64,000 nt of DNA from a virus. The notes beneath the pieces are model-generated. The model ran no database searches, was not told where the DNA came from, and saw nothing but the letters and a program-made list of their open reading frames with translations. A program made the position numbers and the translations under genes. The stretch is taken from positions 1 to 64,000 of the IMG/VR virus record IMGVR_UViG_3300015371_000006, one strand, 5' to 3'. Position 1 is the first letter of the stretch. Every line of letters begins with the position of its first letter. This document shows, piece by piece, positions 9,074 to 20,000 of the stretch.

Positions 9074-9612
9074 CAGATCGGCTCCTCTCCGGTGCTCAGG
9101 GTGGTCTTGAACGTGATGTCGGTTTCGTCGTTCTGCACGACGGTGAACGCGATCTCGACGGCGGCGTCGCCTTCAATCGTGTCGCCGGTCTGGATGACCA
9201 TGTTCTTGACGGCGGTGATCTGCGGGTGGAAGGTCAGCGCGTCCACGATGGCCTCCTCCAGCTCGTGCGTTGTCAGCTCGGGGTGACTGAGGAAGTCCTC
9301 CAGCGGCTGCTCCAGCCCGTAGCCGTCGGGGTGGATCGGGTGTGCCCCCCGGTGTGTGCGGATGCACTTCTCGACCCAGGTCTTCAGCGTCGCCTCTCGC
9401 CGGGTGGTCAGCGGGCCGTGCCCGGCCTTGAGGAAGGTGCCGTTCTTGAAGTCGTAGGCCCAGGACCGGCCGACCGGCGGCACCTCGGGCTCGATGGTGA
9501 GTTCCAGCCCATCGTCGAGCAGCGCGTTCTGCGTGCGCGCCAGCTCGTCCTCCGCGTCGCGGCCTCCCTGGTCAGGGAAGACCTCGTCGATCTTGGTCAG
9601 GGCCTCGGGCAT
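9073..9612 (-). CDS. Baseplate wedge / sheath initiator (DUF2634/XkdS-like)
   Basis: WAYDFKNG, LKTWVEKCIRT, YGLE, DALTFHPQITAV; precedes baseplate J. Confidence 0.75.
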   Translation of the reverse strand: MPEALTKIDEVFPDQGGRDAEDELARTQNALLDDGLELTIEPEVPPVGRSWAYDFKNGTFLKAGHGPLTTRREATLKTWVEKCIRTHRGAHPIHPDGYGLEQPLEDFLSHPELTTHELEEAIVDALTFHPQITAVKNMVIQTGDTIEGDAAVEIAFTVVQNDETDITFKTTLSTGEEPI

Positions 9613-9843
9613 CTAGCGCTTTGCCTTCGCGCGGCTCTTGCTGCCGTTGGCGGGCTCATCGGTCGCCTCTGCCGTGTCGGAGGTCAGCTCAGCAACCAGG
9701 GCCTCCAGCTCGGCGTTGCGTGCCATCAGCTCGGTGAGCTTCTCGCGCAGCAGGTCGATCTCGACCGACTGCTTGCCGATCTTCTCCCACACGGTCGCCT
9801 CGGGGATACCGGCTTGCGGGGCGGGCTGTTGTTCGTCTGTCAC
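9613..9843 (-). CDS. Small coiled-coil protein
   Basis: GTG start after AAGGAG; heptad-rich segment. Confidence 0.55.
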   Translation of the reverse strand: MTDEQQPAPQAGIPEATVWEKIGKQSVEIDLLREKLTELMARNAELEALVAELTSDTAEATDEPANGSKSRAKAKR

Positions 9844-9890
9844 GGTTCTCCTTGGGGTCGGGGTTCGCTGAATCCTCGCATGCCTTTCGG

Positions 9891-10382
9891 TCACGCATCA
9901 CGCTCAATCGTTTGCGGAACGGCCGCGTCCACGTTGTCCCGGTCGGGGATGTCGCGGACCCACAGCCAGCTGCCGGTTGTGCTCAGCAGCCTGATCATCG
10001 GGGGATAGAGCACCTGGACGCCCACGATGCGAGTGTCGTCGAGCACGACCACGCGCGCCTTGGTCAGCAGCTCGTGTACGACGCGCTCGCGGTGGCGGCC
10101 GTCTATCGAGCAATCCACGAACGCCAGATCCGCTGCCTGCAGATCGCGCGCGTAGTCGAGGCTGTCCGCCAGGACGTACTCGACGCCCTCGACCGTCTGC
10201 TCGACCGGCCGGTTGTCGACGGTGACCACCCGGCCAGGCCCCGCCGCGCTGCGCAGGCGCTGGGTGCCGTAGCCCTCTCCGGTGCCGGTCTCGACCACCC
10301 GCTCGGGCGCTAGCACGGCGATCAGCGCGTCGAGCAGATCGTAGGTAGCGTCGCAGGATCGGAACTCCATCGCCAACTCCAT
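9891..10382 (-). CDS. Class I SAM-dependent methyltransferase-like protein
   Basis: VVETGTGEG SAM motif I, VVTVD, DLAFVD, VVVLDD. Confidence 0.75.
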   Translation of the reverse strand: MELAMEFRSCDATYDLLDALIAVLAPERVVETGTGEGYGTQRLRSAAGPGRVVTVDNRPVEQTVEGVEYVLADSLDYARDLQAADLAFVDCSIDGRHRERVVHELLTKARVVVLDDTRIVGVQVLYPPMIRLLSTTGSWLWVRDIPDRDNVDAAVPQTIERDA

Positions 10383-10384
10383 CG

Positions 10385-13297
10385 CTACTCCCATCGGTAC
10401 TCGATCCGTGCGTTGAACCACACGGCCGCGTTGTTGGCGAGCGTCGAGACGTTCTTGCACGTCACCGTGTAATGGGCCTTGCTCGAAATCGTGATCGAAC
10501 TCGACGCCGCGTCCTCGTAGTCACTTGCGTTGAGGTTCGTGTTCGTGATCGTCGCCGTGCCAGCAGCCGACCCGAGCGTCGGGACCATCGTGTCCGTCCC
10601 ACCAGCGAACGTCATCGGGTAGAGGGTGAACGTGAGATCGGTGTTTGGATCGGTCGCGTTTGACTCGGCCCATCCGACGAGTCTGAACCGGAGATTCTTC
10701 CCGGCGATTGTTGCGAACGCAGCTGGGTCGATCAGCACGCGCTCGATGAGCTTCCAGTCGTAGTACGTCGTGACCCCGGCCCCCGGCTGGCCGACGAAAT
10801 ACTCGACTCCTGCGGCCGAGTCGAGTGTCATGTCGCGCCCGGCGAATGCATGGAGCACTTGCCAGGTGTCCTCGAAGTTCGCGCCGAGCCGGTCGCGGCT
10901 GAGTTCGGCGGCGGCGGCGTTCACCACGTCGAGCGAGCCGTCCGAGCGGACGCGGAGAAGGTTGTTCGTGTTCGCCGCGTCGCGGACCTGAAGAATGTCG
11001 CCGGTCGGCGCGGTGTCGGTGCCACGGACGACGCGAAGTGGCGGCGCGTCGTTCCCCGCCCGCGAGAGCGTCGTCAGGCCGTCGATTGTGTTCGCGGTGT
11101 TCAGGCCGGGAACGTCGAGCGTCGTGCGCATGGCGCCCACGGAGGTGTCGTCCAGCAGGCTCCGAGCGGTGGAGGTGAGCGAGGTCGTCGTGGCCGCGCT
11201 CGACGACGTGTAGTAGGGCAGCGTGTCGGTGGCCCCGGTGACGTTGACCAGCGCCCTGCCGCCTGCGGTGAGCGCCTGCAGCGTGACCGTGTTGGAGGCG
11301 CTGAAGTACGGGAACGTGTCGGCGGTGCCAGCGGCGTTGACCAGCGCCCGGCCGCCCGCCGAGAAGTCCGTCTGCGAGAAGGTGTCGGTGCCGGTGGAGT
11401 AGGCGAGCTTGTTCGCGCCGGTCGCCAGCCCAGCGAGCGCCGTCAGGGTCGCGTCGAGCGACTGGTAGGTGCCGCTCAGGCCGGTGAGCTGCTCGTAGCG
11501 CACAGCGTCACCGTTCGTAGTGGCGGCGGCGAGGCCGGTGATCTTCTGGCTGTTCATGGCCGCGCCGGAAAGTGCTGTCAGCGCGCCGGTGACCTGGAGG
11601 GCATCATCGGTCTTGAGCGTGTCGGCGGCGCTGCGGTAGAGGTTCGTGTCGCCGCCAAGCGTTAGGCCCGTATCCGCCCCGGTGCTGGTTAGCACCAGCG
11701 CCGTCTTGCCCGACAACTGCCCGGTGATCTGTCCTGCCGCCACAAAGTAGTCGTCGGTCTTGAGGATGTTCGCGCCGTTGCGATAGAGGTTCACGTCCGG
11801 GGCGGTCGAGCCTCCCGCGCCCCACCACATCTTCCCGTCGCCGAGAATCCCGAAGGCGTACTCGGTGTCTCCCGACACATAGAAGTTGCGCAGGATGCCA
11901 TTGCCTGCGCTGTTGATTTGGAGGATGCCGCCGCCGTTCGGGTACAGGACTACGTTCTTCGTGCCATCGCTGGTGAAAAATGTGTCGCTGGTGGCGAGCA
12001 CATCGGCCGAGGCGCGATAGAGACTTGTGTCGGCCGCCTGCCCGAAGTAGAGCGTCGCCGTGCCGGAGTTGTCCCACCCGAGGACGAGGTTCCGGCTCAG
12101 CAGGGCCGAGCCAGACGAATACTGATCGAGGTAGTGAACGCCGCCGCTGCCGAACGTGAGGCTGCTCCCCGTCACGAACGCGTCGTCGGTCTTCAGGACG
12201 CTTGCGGCCGAGCGGTAGAGGTTGGTGTCCGACGTGAACTGGATCAGGGCCGTCGAGGTTTCCCCCGTCATCGTGATCTGCTTCTTGGTGTGCAGGTCAT
12301 CGTCGGTCTTGAGCACGTCGGCTGAGTCGCGGTAGAGGTTGGTGTCGGGAGCGCCGCTGCCCCCACCCCACTCGTGGAGCCCCTGCGTCTTGATCCAGAA
12401 GCGCGGCCAGCTATCGCCGTTCATGATCGCCCCGAGGGCGACCGCGTTCGTCGCGCCGATCCCGTAGATCGTCGCGGCCTGGAACTCGTCGTCGGTGCGC
12501 AGCACGTTGGCCGCCGCCCGGTAGAGGTTCGTGTCCCAGGCCAACCCCACCCCGGACCACTGAATCGTCCCGTCCGCCATGATGCGCAGGCGTAGGTTGT
12601 CGGTCCAGACGCCCACGCCGAGGGCCGCGCCGCCGGTACTGCCCGGCCAGATCTCGGCCCACCCCGCACCGAAGTAGCTGCCATTCTCGGACGCCGCGCC
12701 GGTCGTGTCGTCCTCAATGGTGAGGTACTGGGTGCCCGTCCCGGCCGGGTCGTCCAGACGCACGACCTCGCCCGTGCCCCGGAAGGTCTGCTTCTCGGTG
12801 AAGACCTGCGCCACGTCGAGGAAGGCGTGCGCGCCGCCGCCGCCGGTCACCGAGTCCACGTAGGCGATGGTCGCCATCACGGTGTCGTCCACGGCCACCT
12901 CGTCGGCGTGCACGTTGATCCCGAAGCCCTCGCCCACGTCCAGCACGTCGTTGTCGGGACCGCTGAAGCTGAGCCCGTCGCCTGCAGTGAAGTCCTGGTG
13001 GCCGGTCGCACTCTCCTGGCTGATCACGTCGGTGGCGATCCAGGTCTGGTTGCGCATCCGCTTGACCGTCAGCGTGTCGCCGACCTTGATCCCCTTCTTC
13101 GCGTCGTAGCGCCGCAGCCACTGGCCGAAGACGATGTCCTCGTCGTCCAGCTCGATGTTGCGCCCGTGCAGCTCGCAGCGCAGCGGGTTGTTGTCCATGA
13201 CCTCCGCGTACTCCAGCTCGCGGACCGTGCTGTCCGCCGTCTGGCGCGTGTGCCTGCGCAGCGCGGCGGCGGCGGCTCGGACGCCACTCTCGGCCAT
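10385..13297 (-). CDS. Baseplate spike (gp45/DUF2577-like N-terminus) fused to a long fibre/receptor-binding region
   Basis: True start MAESGV (TGATG overlap); OB-fold-like AEV..NPL..LKVGD; six DTNLYRxxAxVLKTDD repeats. Confidence 0.7.
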   Translation of the reverse strand: MAESGVRAAAAALRRHTRQTADSTVRELEYAEVMDNNPLRCELHGRNIELDDEDIVFGQWLRRYDAKKGIKVGDTLTVKRMRNQTWIATDVISQESATGHQDFTAGDGLSFSGPDNDVLDVGEGFGINVHADEVAVDDTVMATIAYVDSVTGGGGAHAFLDVAQVFTEKQTFRGTGEVVRLDDPAGTGTQYLTIEDDTTGAASENGSYFGAGWAEIWPGSTGGAALGVGVWTDNLRLRIMADGTIQWSGVGLAWDTNLYRAAANVLRTDDEFQAATIYGIGATNAVALGAIMNGDSWPRFWIKTQGLHEWGGGSGAPDTNLYRDSADVLKTDDDLHTKKQITMTGETSTALIQFTSDTNLYRSAASVLKTDDAFVTGSSLTFGSGGVHYLDQYSSGSALLSRNLVLGWDNSGTATLYFGQAADTSLYRASADVLATSDTFFTSDGTKNVVLYPNGGGILQINSAGNGILRNFYVSGDTEYAFGILGDGKMWWGAGGSTAPDVNLYRNGANILKTDDYFVAAGQITGQLSGKTALVLTSTGADTGLTLGGDTNLYRSAADTLKTDDALQVTGALTALSGAAMNSQKITGLAAATTNGDAVRYEQLTGLSGTYQSLDATLTALAGLATGANKLAYSTGTDTFSQTDFSAGGRALVNAAGTADTFPYFSASNTVTLQALTAGGRALVNVTGATDTLPYYTSSSAATTTSLTSTARSLLDDTSVGAMRTTLDVPGLNTANTIDGLTTLSRAGNDAPPLRVVRGTDTAPTGDILQVRDAANTNNLLRVRSDGSLDVVNAAAAELSRDRLGANFEDTWQVLHAFAGRDMTLDSAAGVEYFVGQPGAGVTTYYDWKLIERVLIDPAAFATIAGKNLRFRLVGWAESNATDPNTDLTFTLYPMTFAGGTDTMVPTLGSAAGTATITNTNLNASDYEDAASSSITISSKAHYTVTCKNVSTLANNAAVWFNARIEYRWE

Positions 13298-14724
13298 CAG
13301 ACGTCCTCCGGGCCGAGGGCCTCCACGGTGACCAGCAGCTTGTCGGTGCTCAGCGGCGCGAGCTGGGCGAACAGGCGGCGGCTGAGGCTGATCTGCTCGT
13401 CGTCGAGGTCGAGGTCCGCCTCGCGGTGGATGTAGGCGATCACGCTGCGCTCGGTGTTCGCCTCGGTGATCTTGACTCGCTGGCCGACGTAGTCGGTCAG
13501 GTCGCCGTCGAGCTGGGCGATGGCGAAGCTCGCATCCTGGCGCTCGGGATCGAAGCGCGTTCCGTGCCAGCTGGCCTCGACGGTCTTGCGCGTGCGCGGG
13601 TCCGCCGCCACGGTCCCGATGGCCGCCTGGGCGGTGTAGAAGCCGTAGCGGGCCAGGTCCAGGTCGGGCAGGTCCGGTGCTGACCACGGGTAGAAGTAGG
13701 TGGCGAATACGGAAGGCCCGACGATTGCGTAGCTGACCGAGGTCGATGCGTGCGCCGTGCCGGTCCAGCCGCTCTGCGGTGAGCCAGGGTTCGCGCCGCT
13801 GAAGTACGCCGTCGCCGTGGTCGCGTTCTCGACCATCATCCCGTCGGTGTAGAGAATGCCCGTGCCCGAGGAGGAGGGCATGCCGCCGCCGCTGTTGCAG
13901 CGGCCGACGATGGTCCCGGCCAGGTCGCCCCCGACCACAGCCAGCCGGGTCGAGATCCGCTGCCACTGATCGCGCAGCGACGTGTTGGCGGCGTTCAGCA
14001 GGGTCTCGGTCGCGCCCGTGTAGGTGGCGTCGGTGGTGATCCACGGCATCCCGCCGTCCCAGTTGGCAGGCACCCACACGTAGCACGACATCGTGTAGGT
14101 GCCCGCGCTGGGGAAGGTGAAGGTGGCGCTCTGCCACAGGCGCGTGTCGGTGCCCGTGCCGTCGAAGGCGTGCTTGTCGCGGTAGCTGCCCTTGTAGGCG
14201 GGGATCGGCCCGGTCTCAGCCTCGCGGGTGACGACGAAATCGCCCACGCTTGAGAACTTCGCGGCGGTCTCGCCGGTCGGGTTCGTGTAGTAGTTGGTCC
14301 GCTGGCTGGTGCCCGCAGGCAGCGTCGCCGACGGGCCGTCGCTGTAGGTGTCGGTGCCCACCCGGCCGCTCAGGTCGTCCGTGCCGTAGGCGCGAGCCGC
14401 GTTGCCTGCGCCGCCCAACAGGCCGAAGTAGTAGTCGCCGGGCTCGATGGTGCGCGGGGTCGGGAAAGACCAGTCCACCCAGCCTGCCGTCTGCCCCGCC
14501 TCGACGATGACCGGGTCGCTGTAGGCCAGCAAGTCGCCGTCGGCGTCGCGCAGCGTTGCGACGATTTCCTGATCGTTGCCGCCCGCCCGCAGGCCATCCA
14601 CGTAGGCCGTGAGCTTCGCCAGGGTGACCTCCACGTCGATCTCGAAGCTGTCGCTCAGCAGCTCGCGGTCGAGGTCGAGATTCACCGTCGCTGCGCCGGA
14701 GGTTGTGATGCCGAAGAGGTTCAT
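13297..14724 (-). CDS. Tail-associated protein with CBM-like insert
   Basis: Located between hub and spike; RTNYYTNP..E, YTMSCYVWVP, WQRIS, DGMMVE, YFSG resemble phage carbohydrate-binding modules. Confidence 0.5.
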   Translation of the reverse strand: MNLFGITTSGAATVNLDLDRELLSDSFEIDVEVTLAKLTAYVDGLRAGGNDQEIVATLRDADGDLLAYSDPVIVEAGQTAGWVDWSFPTPRTIEPGDYYFGLLGGAGNAARAYGTDDLSGRVGTDTYSDGPSATLPAGTSQRTNYYTNPTGETAAKFSSVGDFVVTREAETGPIPAYKGSYRDKHAFDGTGTDTRLWQSATFTFPSAGTYTMSCYVWVPANWDGGMPWITTDATYTGATETLLNAANTSLRDQWQRISTRLAVVGGDLAGTIVGRCNSGGGMPSSSGTGILYTDGMMVENATTATAYFSGANPGSPQSGWTGTAHASTSVSYAIVGPSVFATYFYPWSAPDLPDLDLARYGFYTAQAAIGTVAADPRTRKTVEASWHGTRFDPERQDASFAIAQLDGDLTDYVGQRVKITEANTERSVIAYIHREADLDLDDEQISLSRRLFAQLAPLSTDKLLVTVEALGPEDV

Positions 14725-16049
14725 GCGTGCGTGTGCGCGTCGCGTCGGTGGTTGCGCCGGTCGTCGCTGCCCCCGCCGCCCGGCGCGTAGGGGTCGTAGT
14801 CGTTGCGGACGTGCCCGTGGCGGCAGAAGTCAGGCGCGCGGCGGCCCTTCTTCTTCGCCTCCTTGCAGATCTTCTCGCGGGTCGCGTCGCCTTCCTCGTC
14901 GGTGTAGGGATCGTCGAAGCTCAGCGTCACGTCCATCGTGTAGTCGCCGGGGCTGACCGAGTGCGAGACCGAGCTGACGTAGAGCAGCTCCTTGATGAAG
15001 CCCAGGCCGACCTTGACCGAGTCGCCGCGTCGCAGCGTCACCTCGCCCGCCATCGTCACGCTGACCTCGCGCTTGGGCTCCAGGCGCTCCTTCATCTCGC
15101 GCTGGGCGAGCTTCTTGACCTTGGCCTTGCTGTCGACCTTCTCGTCGATCTCCCAGAAGTTGTGGATGACGCCGAAGCGCTTGCGGATGTCCCTGCTCGC
15201 CTGCACCTCGACTTCGATCTTCTTGTGCTCGCCCTTCTTGCGCTTCGACGAGGCGCGGACGCTGAGCAGCGTGGCGACGTTCTTCGGCAGCATCCGGGTC
15301 ACGTCTGCGCCGAGCAGCTGGCCGCCGAGGATCAGCAGCGTGCGCGAGCGCTTCAACGTCTCGACGTAGAGCTTGCCCTTCTCCATGCGAATGACGAAGC
15401 GCTTGCCCGTTTCTTCGCGCTCCTTCTTGTAGGCCTGGTTGATGATCTTCAGCGGCGAGGTGTTCTGCTCGGTGATCTCGATGCGGGCGTCGCACTTCGC
15501 CAGGTGCCCGACGCCGATCCCGTAGCGCTTGGCGATGTCCTCGACGATCTGGTGACCGAGCCAGCCGTCCTTTTTCTTGTGGCGCGACTTGCCGTCGCCC
15601 TTCTTGTATTCGAAGTCGTCGCGGCTGCGCTTCAGCCACTCCAGCTCGTCGGCCGCCTCCAGGCTGATATCGCCGGAGGCGCTCTGCGTCACGTTCGTGA
15701 CCCGCAGCTCCCACAGCCGGTGCCAGTTGGCCCCCGTGCCGTCCTCGCGCGCGTAGTCGACCTTCAGCTTGTAGCCCTCCTTGATCGTCACCAGGTCTTC
15801 GCGCTCGGGGCTCATGACCGTCAGGCTCGCGGTCTGGATCAGCGCGTCTTCCCAGGTGAGGCTGGTGAGGATCGGGTCCAGGCTGAGCACGTCGCCGCCC
15901 TTCTTCAGGTCGGGTCGCGCGCAGGTGATGTTCCAGTAGAACGACGACTGCTCCAGGGGCTTCTCGTCGCGCTGCCAGTAGTTGCGCAGCTCTTCGTCGT
16001 CCTCGTTGCGGTCCTCGCGGTTGCGGCTGCGCTTGTCGCGGTCGGCCAT
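14721..16049 (-). CDS. Baseplate hub protein (XkdQ/Mu gp44-like)
   Basis: Follows the LysM gene; DIAKRYGI.VG, LRRGDSV, LYVSSVSH..YTMDVTL. Confidence 0.75.
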   Translation of the reverse strand: MADRDKRSRNREDRNEDDEELRNYWQRDEKPLEQSSFYWNITCARPDLKKGGDVLSLDPILTSLTWEDALIQTASLTVMSPEREDLVTIKEGYKLKVDYAREDGTGANWHRLWELRVTNVTQSASGDISLEAADELEWLKRSRDDFEYKKGDGKSRHKKKDGWLGHQIVEDIAKRYGIGVGHLAKCDARIEITEQNTSPLKIINQAYKKEREETGKRFVIRMEKGKLYVETLKRSRTLLILGGQLLGADVTRMLPKNVATLLSVRASSKRKKGEHKKIEVEVQASRDIRKRFGVIHNFWEIDEKVDSKAKVKKLAQREMKERLEPKREVSVTMAGEVTLRRGDSVKVGLGFIKELLYVSSVSHSVSPGDYTMDVTLSFDDPYTDEEGDATREKICKEAKKKGRRAPDFCRHGHVRNDYDPYAPGGGGSDDRRNHRRDAHTHA

Positions 16050-17002
16050 CAGTCACGCCCCGACTTCTTCGGGATCGTCAGCTTGCGATGCGAGCCCTGT
16101 CCGACCCAGCCCGCCAGCGGGGTGTCGCCGCCCCAGTGGTCGATCCCGTTGCGCGCGGCGATGATCTTCCACTCGCTCGCGGAGCCGTAGAACGCCTTCG
16201 CCAGCTTGGTCAGCGAGGCATTCTCGATCTTGTCCTGGTTGCGCTCGGGGATGCTCTCGCCGCCCTGCTCGACGGTGAACGCGTTGCCGTTGCCCATGAC
16301 GTGGACGATGGCCGGGAGCTTCTCGTGGCGGTCGCGGCCGTAGCGCTTGCGCTTGGTCATCGCGGTCCGGTACTCCGTGAAGCCGAGGTCGAAGTAGCGG
16401 GCGTCGGGCTCGCCGCCGCGCTCGCGCACCGAGTAGGTGCGGATGGTGACCGCCATGTCGATGTCGGGCTTCATCTCCAGCGCCCGGTTCCAGACCACGA
16501 GGTTCAGCGGCTCGCCCACGTCACAGAGCGTGTCGAGGTCACGGGCCACGTTGGCCGGGTGGGGGGCGTCGCCACCGGGCTCGGGCCAGTTGACGCCGGG
16601 GTTGACCACCTCGGTCAGCGGATGGGCGTCGCCTCGGGAGGTGCCGTCGATGGAGTAGCTGCCGCGCTGGTGCGTGCGCCCCCCGGCGATGGACGACCAG
16701 CTCGGGTTGTAGTCGACGACCAGGGAGCTGATCGACAGCGTGCGCAGCACCCGGCCGCCGTCGCGGGTGAACTGGCCCTTGGTCACGGTGTCGTAGTCGA
16801 TCCAGTTGTAGCTGTGGTCCCAGCCGAACTCGTCGAGTGGTGCGACCTGGAAGCGGTAGGGCTTCTTCAGCAGCTTTGGCGAGGTGATGCCGGGGATGCG
16901 GCTCAGGGTCACCGACAGGCCCGACTCCAGGTGGCGGTGATAGCTGCGGTCATCGACCATGCCCTGCGGCTCGTGTGTGCGCCCGCTGCCCTTGTCTGCC
17001 AT
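16049..17002 (-). CDS. Tail tube initiator with LysM domain (XkdP-like)
   Basis: True start MADKGS; C-terminal SLTKLAKAFYGSASEWKIIAARNGI...KLTIP. Confidence 0.78.
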   Translation of the reverse strand: MADKGSGRTHEPQGMVDDRSYHRHLESGLSVTLSRIPGITSPKLLKKPYRFQVAPLDEFGWDHSYNWIDYDTVTKGQFTRDGGRVLRTLSISSLVVDYNPSWSSIAGGRTHQRGSYSIDGTSRGDAHPLTEVVNPGVNWPEPGGDAPHPANVARDLDTLCDVGEPLNLVVWNRALEMKPDIDMAVTIRTYSVRERGGEPDARYFDLGFTEYRTAMTKRKRYGRDRHEKLPAIVHVMGNGNAFTVEQGGESIPERNQDKIENASLTKLAKAFYGSASEWKIIAARNGIDHWGGDTPLAGWVGQGSHRKLTIPKKSGRD

Positions 17003-20000
17003 CAGACCACCCCGTCGTGGTTGCCGACGCCGTCCATCTCGCGGGCCAGCTCGCCGAAGGCGGCGTGGATCTCGCGCTTGAGCTGGTTCTTGATGTCGCC
17101 GTCGCGGTTGTTCGTGATGTGGATCTGGCCGATGCTGACGCCGCCCATGCCGCCGCCGCCCTTGGTCACGGTGACGGTCTCGCGGCCCTTCTCGCCGACG
17201 CCCAGCAGGGTCGGTCGGTTGGCGGTGAAGCTGCCGCCGTCGCCGAACCATCCGGCGAAGCCAGCGCGCCCACCCGTCGCCAGCCCCTTGCCCGCGCCTC
17301 CGAAGTGGATGTTGGAGCCGGTCAGATAGCGGGTGCCGTACCACGCGCCGATGCCCTGCGAGCTGTAGATCTCCTTGGCCGCTCGGGCGTTGATCAGCGG
17401 GTTGAGCATCGCCTGCACGCCACCCAGCCGCGCGATCAGCTCGTCGTTGAAGCCGTCGGTGATCGCCCACAGGCCGTAGCCGTGCGTGCCGCCGGGGTCG
17501 GTGCCCGCCGAGCCCGGCCGCATCCCCGACTCGCCCTTGGCGATCTGCGCGAAGGTGACGCCCGGCAGCCCCGCCCACTCGGCGATGGAGGCCACGGTGT
17601 TGAACGGCAGCGTCTCGCCGGAGAAGTCCGGGGCCATGTGCATCTGGTAGCTGTGGTTGTAGCGCTGGAACTGAGCCGGAACGCGCCCTGCCGACGCGCC
17701 TCGCACGGCCAGGCCGCCCGCGCCGAGCTTCTTGTTGACGGCGGCCTGCATCCCCGCTGCCATCGCCCTCGACCCTGCGTTCGACATGGCTCCCGGCGCG
17801 CCCCGCAGCTTGCTGCCCGGTGCTTTGACCCGCAGTGCCTTCGGGGTTGCCGCCCGGATCGCCCCGCCGATTCCAGCGATGGCGGCCCCACCCGCGCCGC
17901 CGGGGAAGAAGCCGATGTGGACGTGGTCGCTGTGGCCGCCGATGGAGCCCGGCACCCGCTGGCCCTCATCGATGTAGTAGGGCTCGGGGTCGTAGAAGAG
18001 TTCGTTGATCGAGCCGCTGAAGGCCGACTGCGCGCGTCGCCAGTAGGCGTCCATCAGCGTTGGCGAGCCGCTCACGTCGTAGGCGAGGCCCGAGTAGTGC
18101 AGCGACCCGCTCGCGTGGCCGCTCGACGGGACGCCGCCGCCGTAGGGCGGGGGCCCCTCGCCGACAGCCAGGCCCATGCTCTGCGCCAGCGCCCCGGCCG
18201 CCTGGATTCCCTGGGCCGCGCCCCGGCCGCGCCGCCCGCCTCGGGCGTAGCGCATGCCGTAGGCAGCGTTGCGCTCGCGGATGCGGCCGCCCGCCGCCGG
18301 GATTGCCGAGTGCGGCGTGTGCTCCCCGGCCACCATCCGCCCCAGCGCGCCCTTGGCCCCCAGCATCGTGTCCACGTCGGCTTCGGTGTGGCGGTTGACG
18401 TACAGCTCGCCCGGCGCGGCGTACTCGCCTCCACCCACGCCGACGGTGTCGCGGTGGCCCACGCCGGGGATGCGCCCGCCACCCGCGTATCCCGCGCGAC
18501 CTCCCCGCGCCTTGTTGCCGCCCCCGGCCGTCATGCCGCCCGGCGAGGTGTAGTGCGGGTCGAGGTTGTGGTGCGTGCCCATGATGGAGGCCGGGTCCGC
18601 GCCGCCTTGCTGCAGGTTCATGAACTTGCGCGCCTCGGAGGCCGTGTAGCCCATGCCCTGCAGCTGGTTGAGGACGTACTGCTCAATCTGCGTGCTCGCG
18701 CCCTTGACCTCTGACGCGGCGTCCCACATGCGCGAGCTGATCGCCTTGCCGATGTTCTTCCAGCTCGCCTCGCTGCCTCGGTAGATGCGGCCGTTGACGA
18801 TCTCGACGTTCTCGCCCATGCGCTTGAAGCGATCCTCGATGCCGCTGACCAGCTCGCGGTACTCGTCGCGGAGCTTCGGGTTCTTCTCGGCCGCCTTGCG
18901 CGCCATGTTCAGCGAGGTCTGCGCGACCGTGTCGGCGGCGTCGACGGGGAGCTTCTTCATCTCACCCGTGACGTCGTTGATCATCGCCGTGAACGCCTTG
19001 CCCGCGCCCTGTTCGTCGCGGCGAATGTCGAAGGCTCCGAAGATGTCCTTCCAGGCGTCCTGGGCCTTCTGGTCGGAGATCGCAGCCTGCATCTGCTTGA
19101 TGACCGCCAGGCGTTCCTTGGTTGCGATCAGGCCGCCCTTCAGCGCCTCGCGGTCGTCCTCGTCCGCCGCCGCCATCGCCTTGCGGTAGTTCGCCAGCAT
19201 GAGCGTCGCGCGGATCGACTCCTTGGCGAGCATCGCGTACTGCCCGCCGCCCTGCGGGATGCCCTCGCGCGATTGCGCCAGCAGCTCCTGGCCCTTCGTG
19301 TAGCCCTGCTGGTTCAGCTCCTCGTAGGTCGGCGGTGCCGGGATGATCCCGAGCGTCGCCGCCGAGACGCCACCGGCCGCCTTGCGCCGCCAGTCACCCT
19401 CGGTCTGCGAAGCCCCGCTGAGCGCCGACAGGCCGGTGATCGCCAGCCCGATGGGGCCGAGCAGCCGCGCCGCTGCGCCCCCGGCCATCGCCCCGCCCCT
19501 CAGCAGTCCGCCAGGCAGCGAGCGTGCCGCAGCCCCGACGCCGCCGGGCATGGACAGAGTGGCCCCGAGCCTCGCTGCGCCCATGCGCAGGCCCGGCAGC
19601 ACGCCTCCGGCGCGCCCCGCCACGGCCCCGCCGCCGAGCAGCAGCGGCGCTGCACCAGCTCCGGGCGACGCCTGCCCTGCGGCCGCCGCGCCCCGTCGGC
19701 CGCCGCCGAGCATCAGCGGCAGCGGTAGCGCCCCGCCGCGCATCTTGCTGAAGGTGAAGGCCGCCAGCATCGCGGTCAGCGCGTTGATGTTGCCGATGTT
19801 GATCGAGGCGATGAAGTGGACGATGTCGCCGATGGCGCGGCTGATCGGTCGCATCGCGTCGGCCACGTCCATGACCACCGGAGCGAGGTCGCCGAACAGC
19901 CGGGCGAGATCCTTCGCGCCCTCAACGGAGGTCCGCCAGAAGCGGTTCATCTCCTCGGGGTTCTGGCGCATCCAGCGAGTGCCCTCGCGGATCTTGTTGG

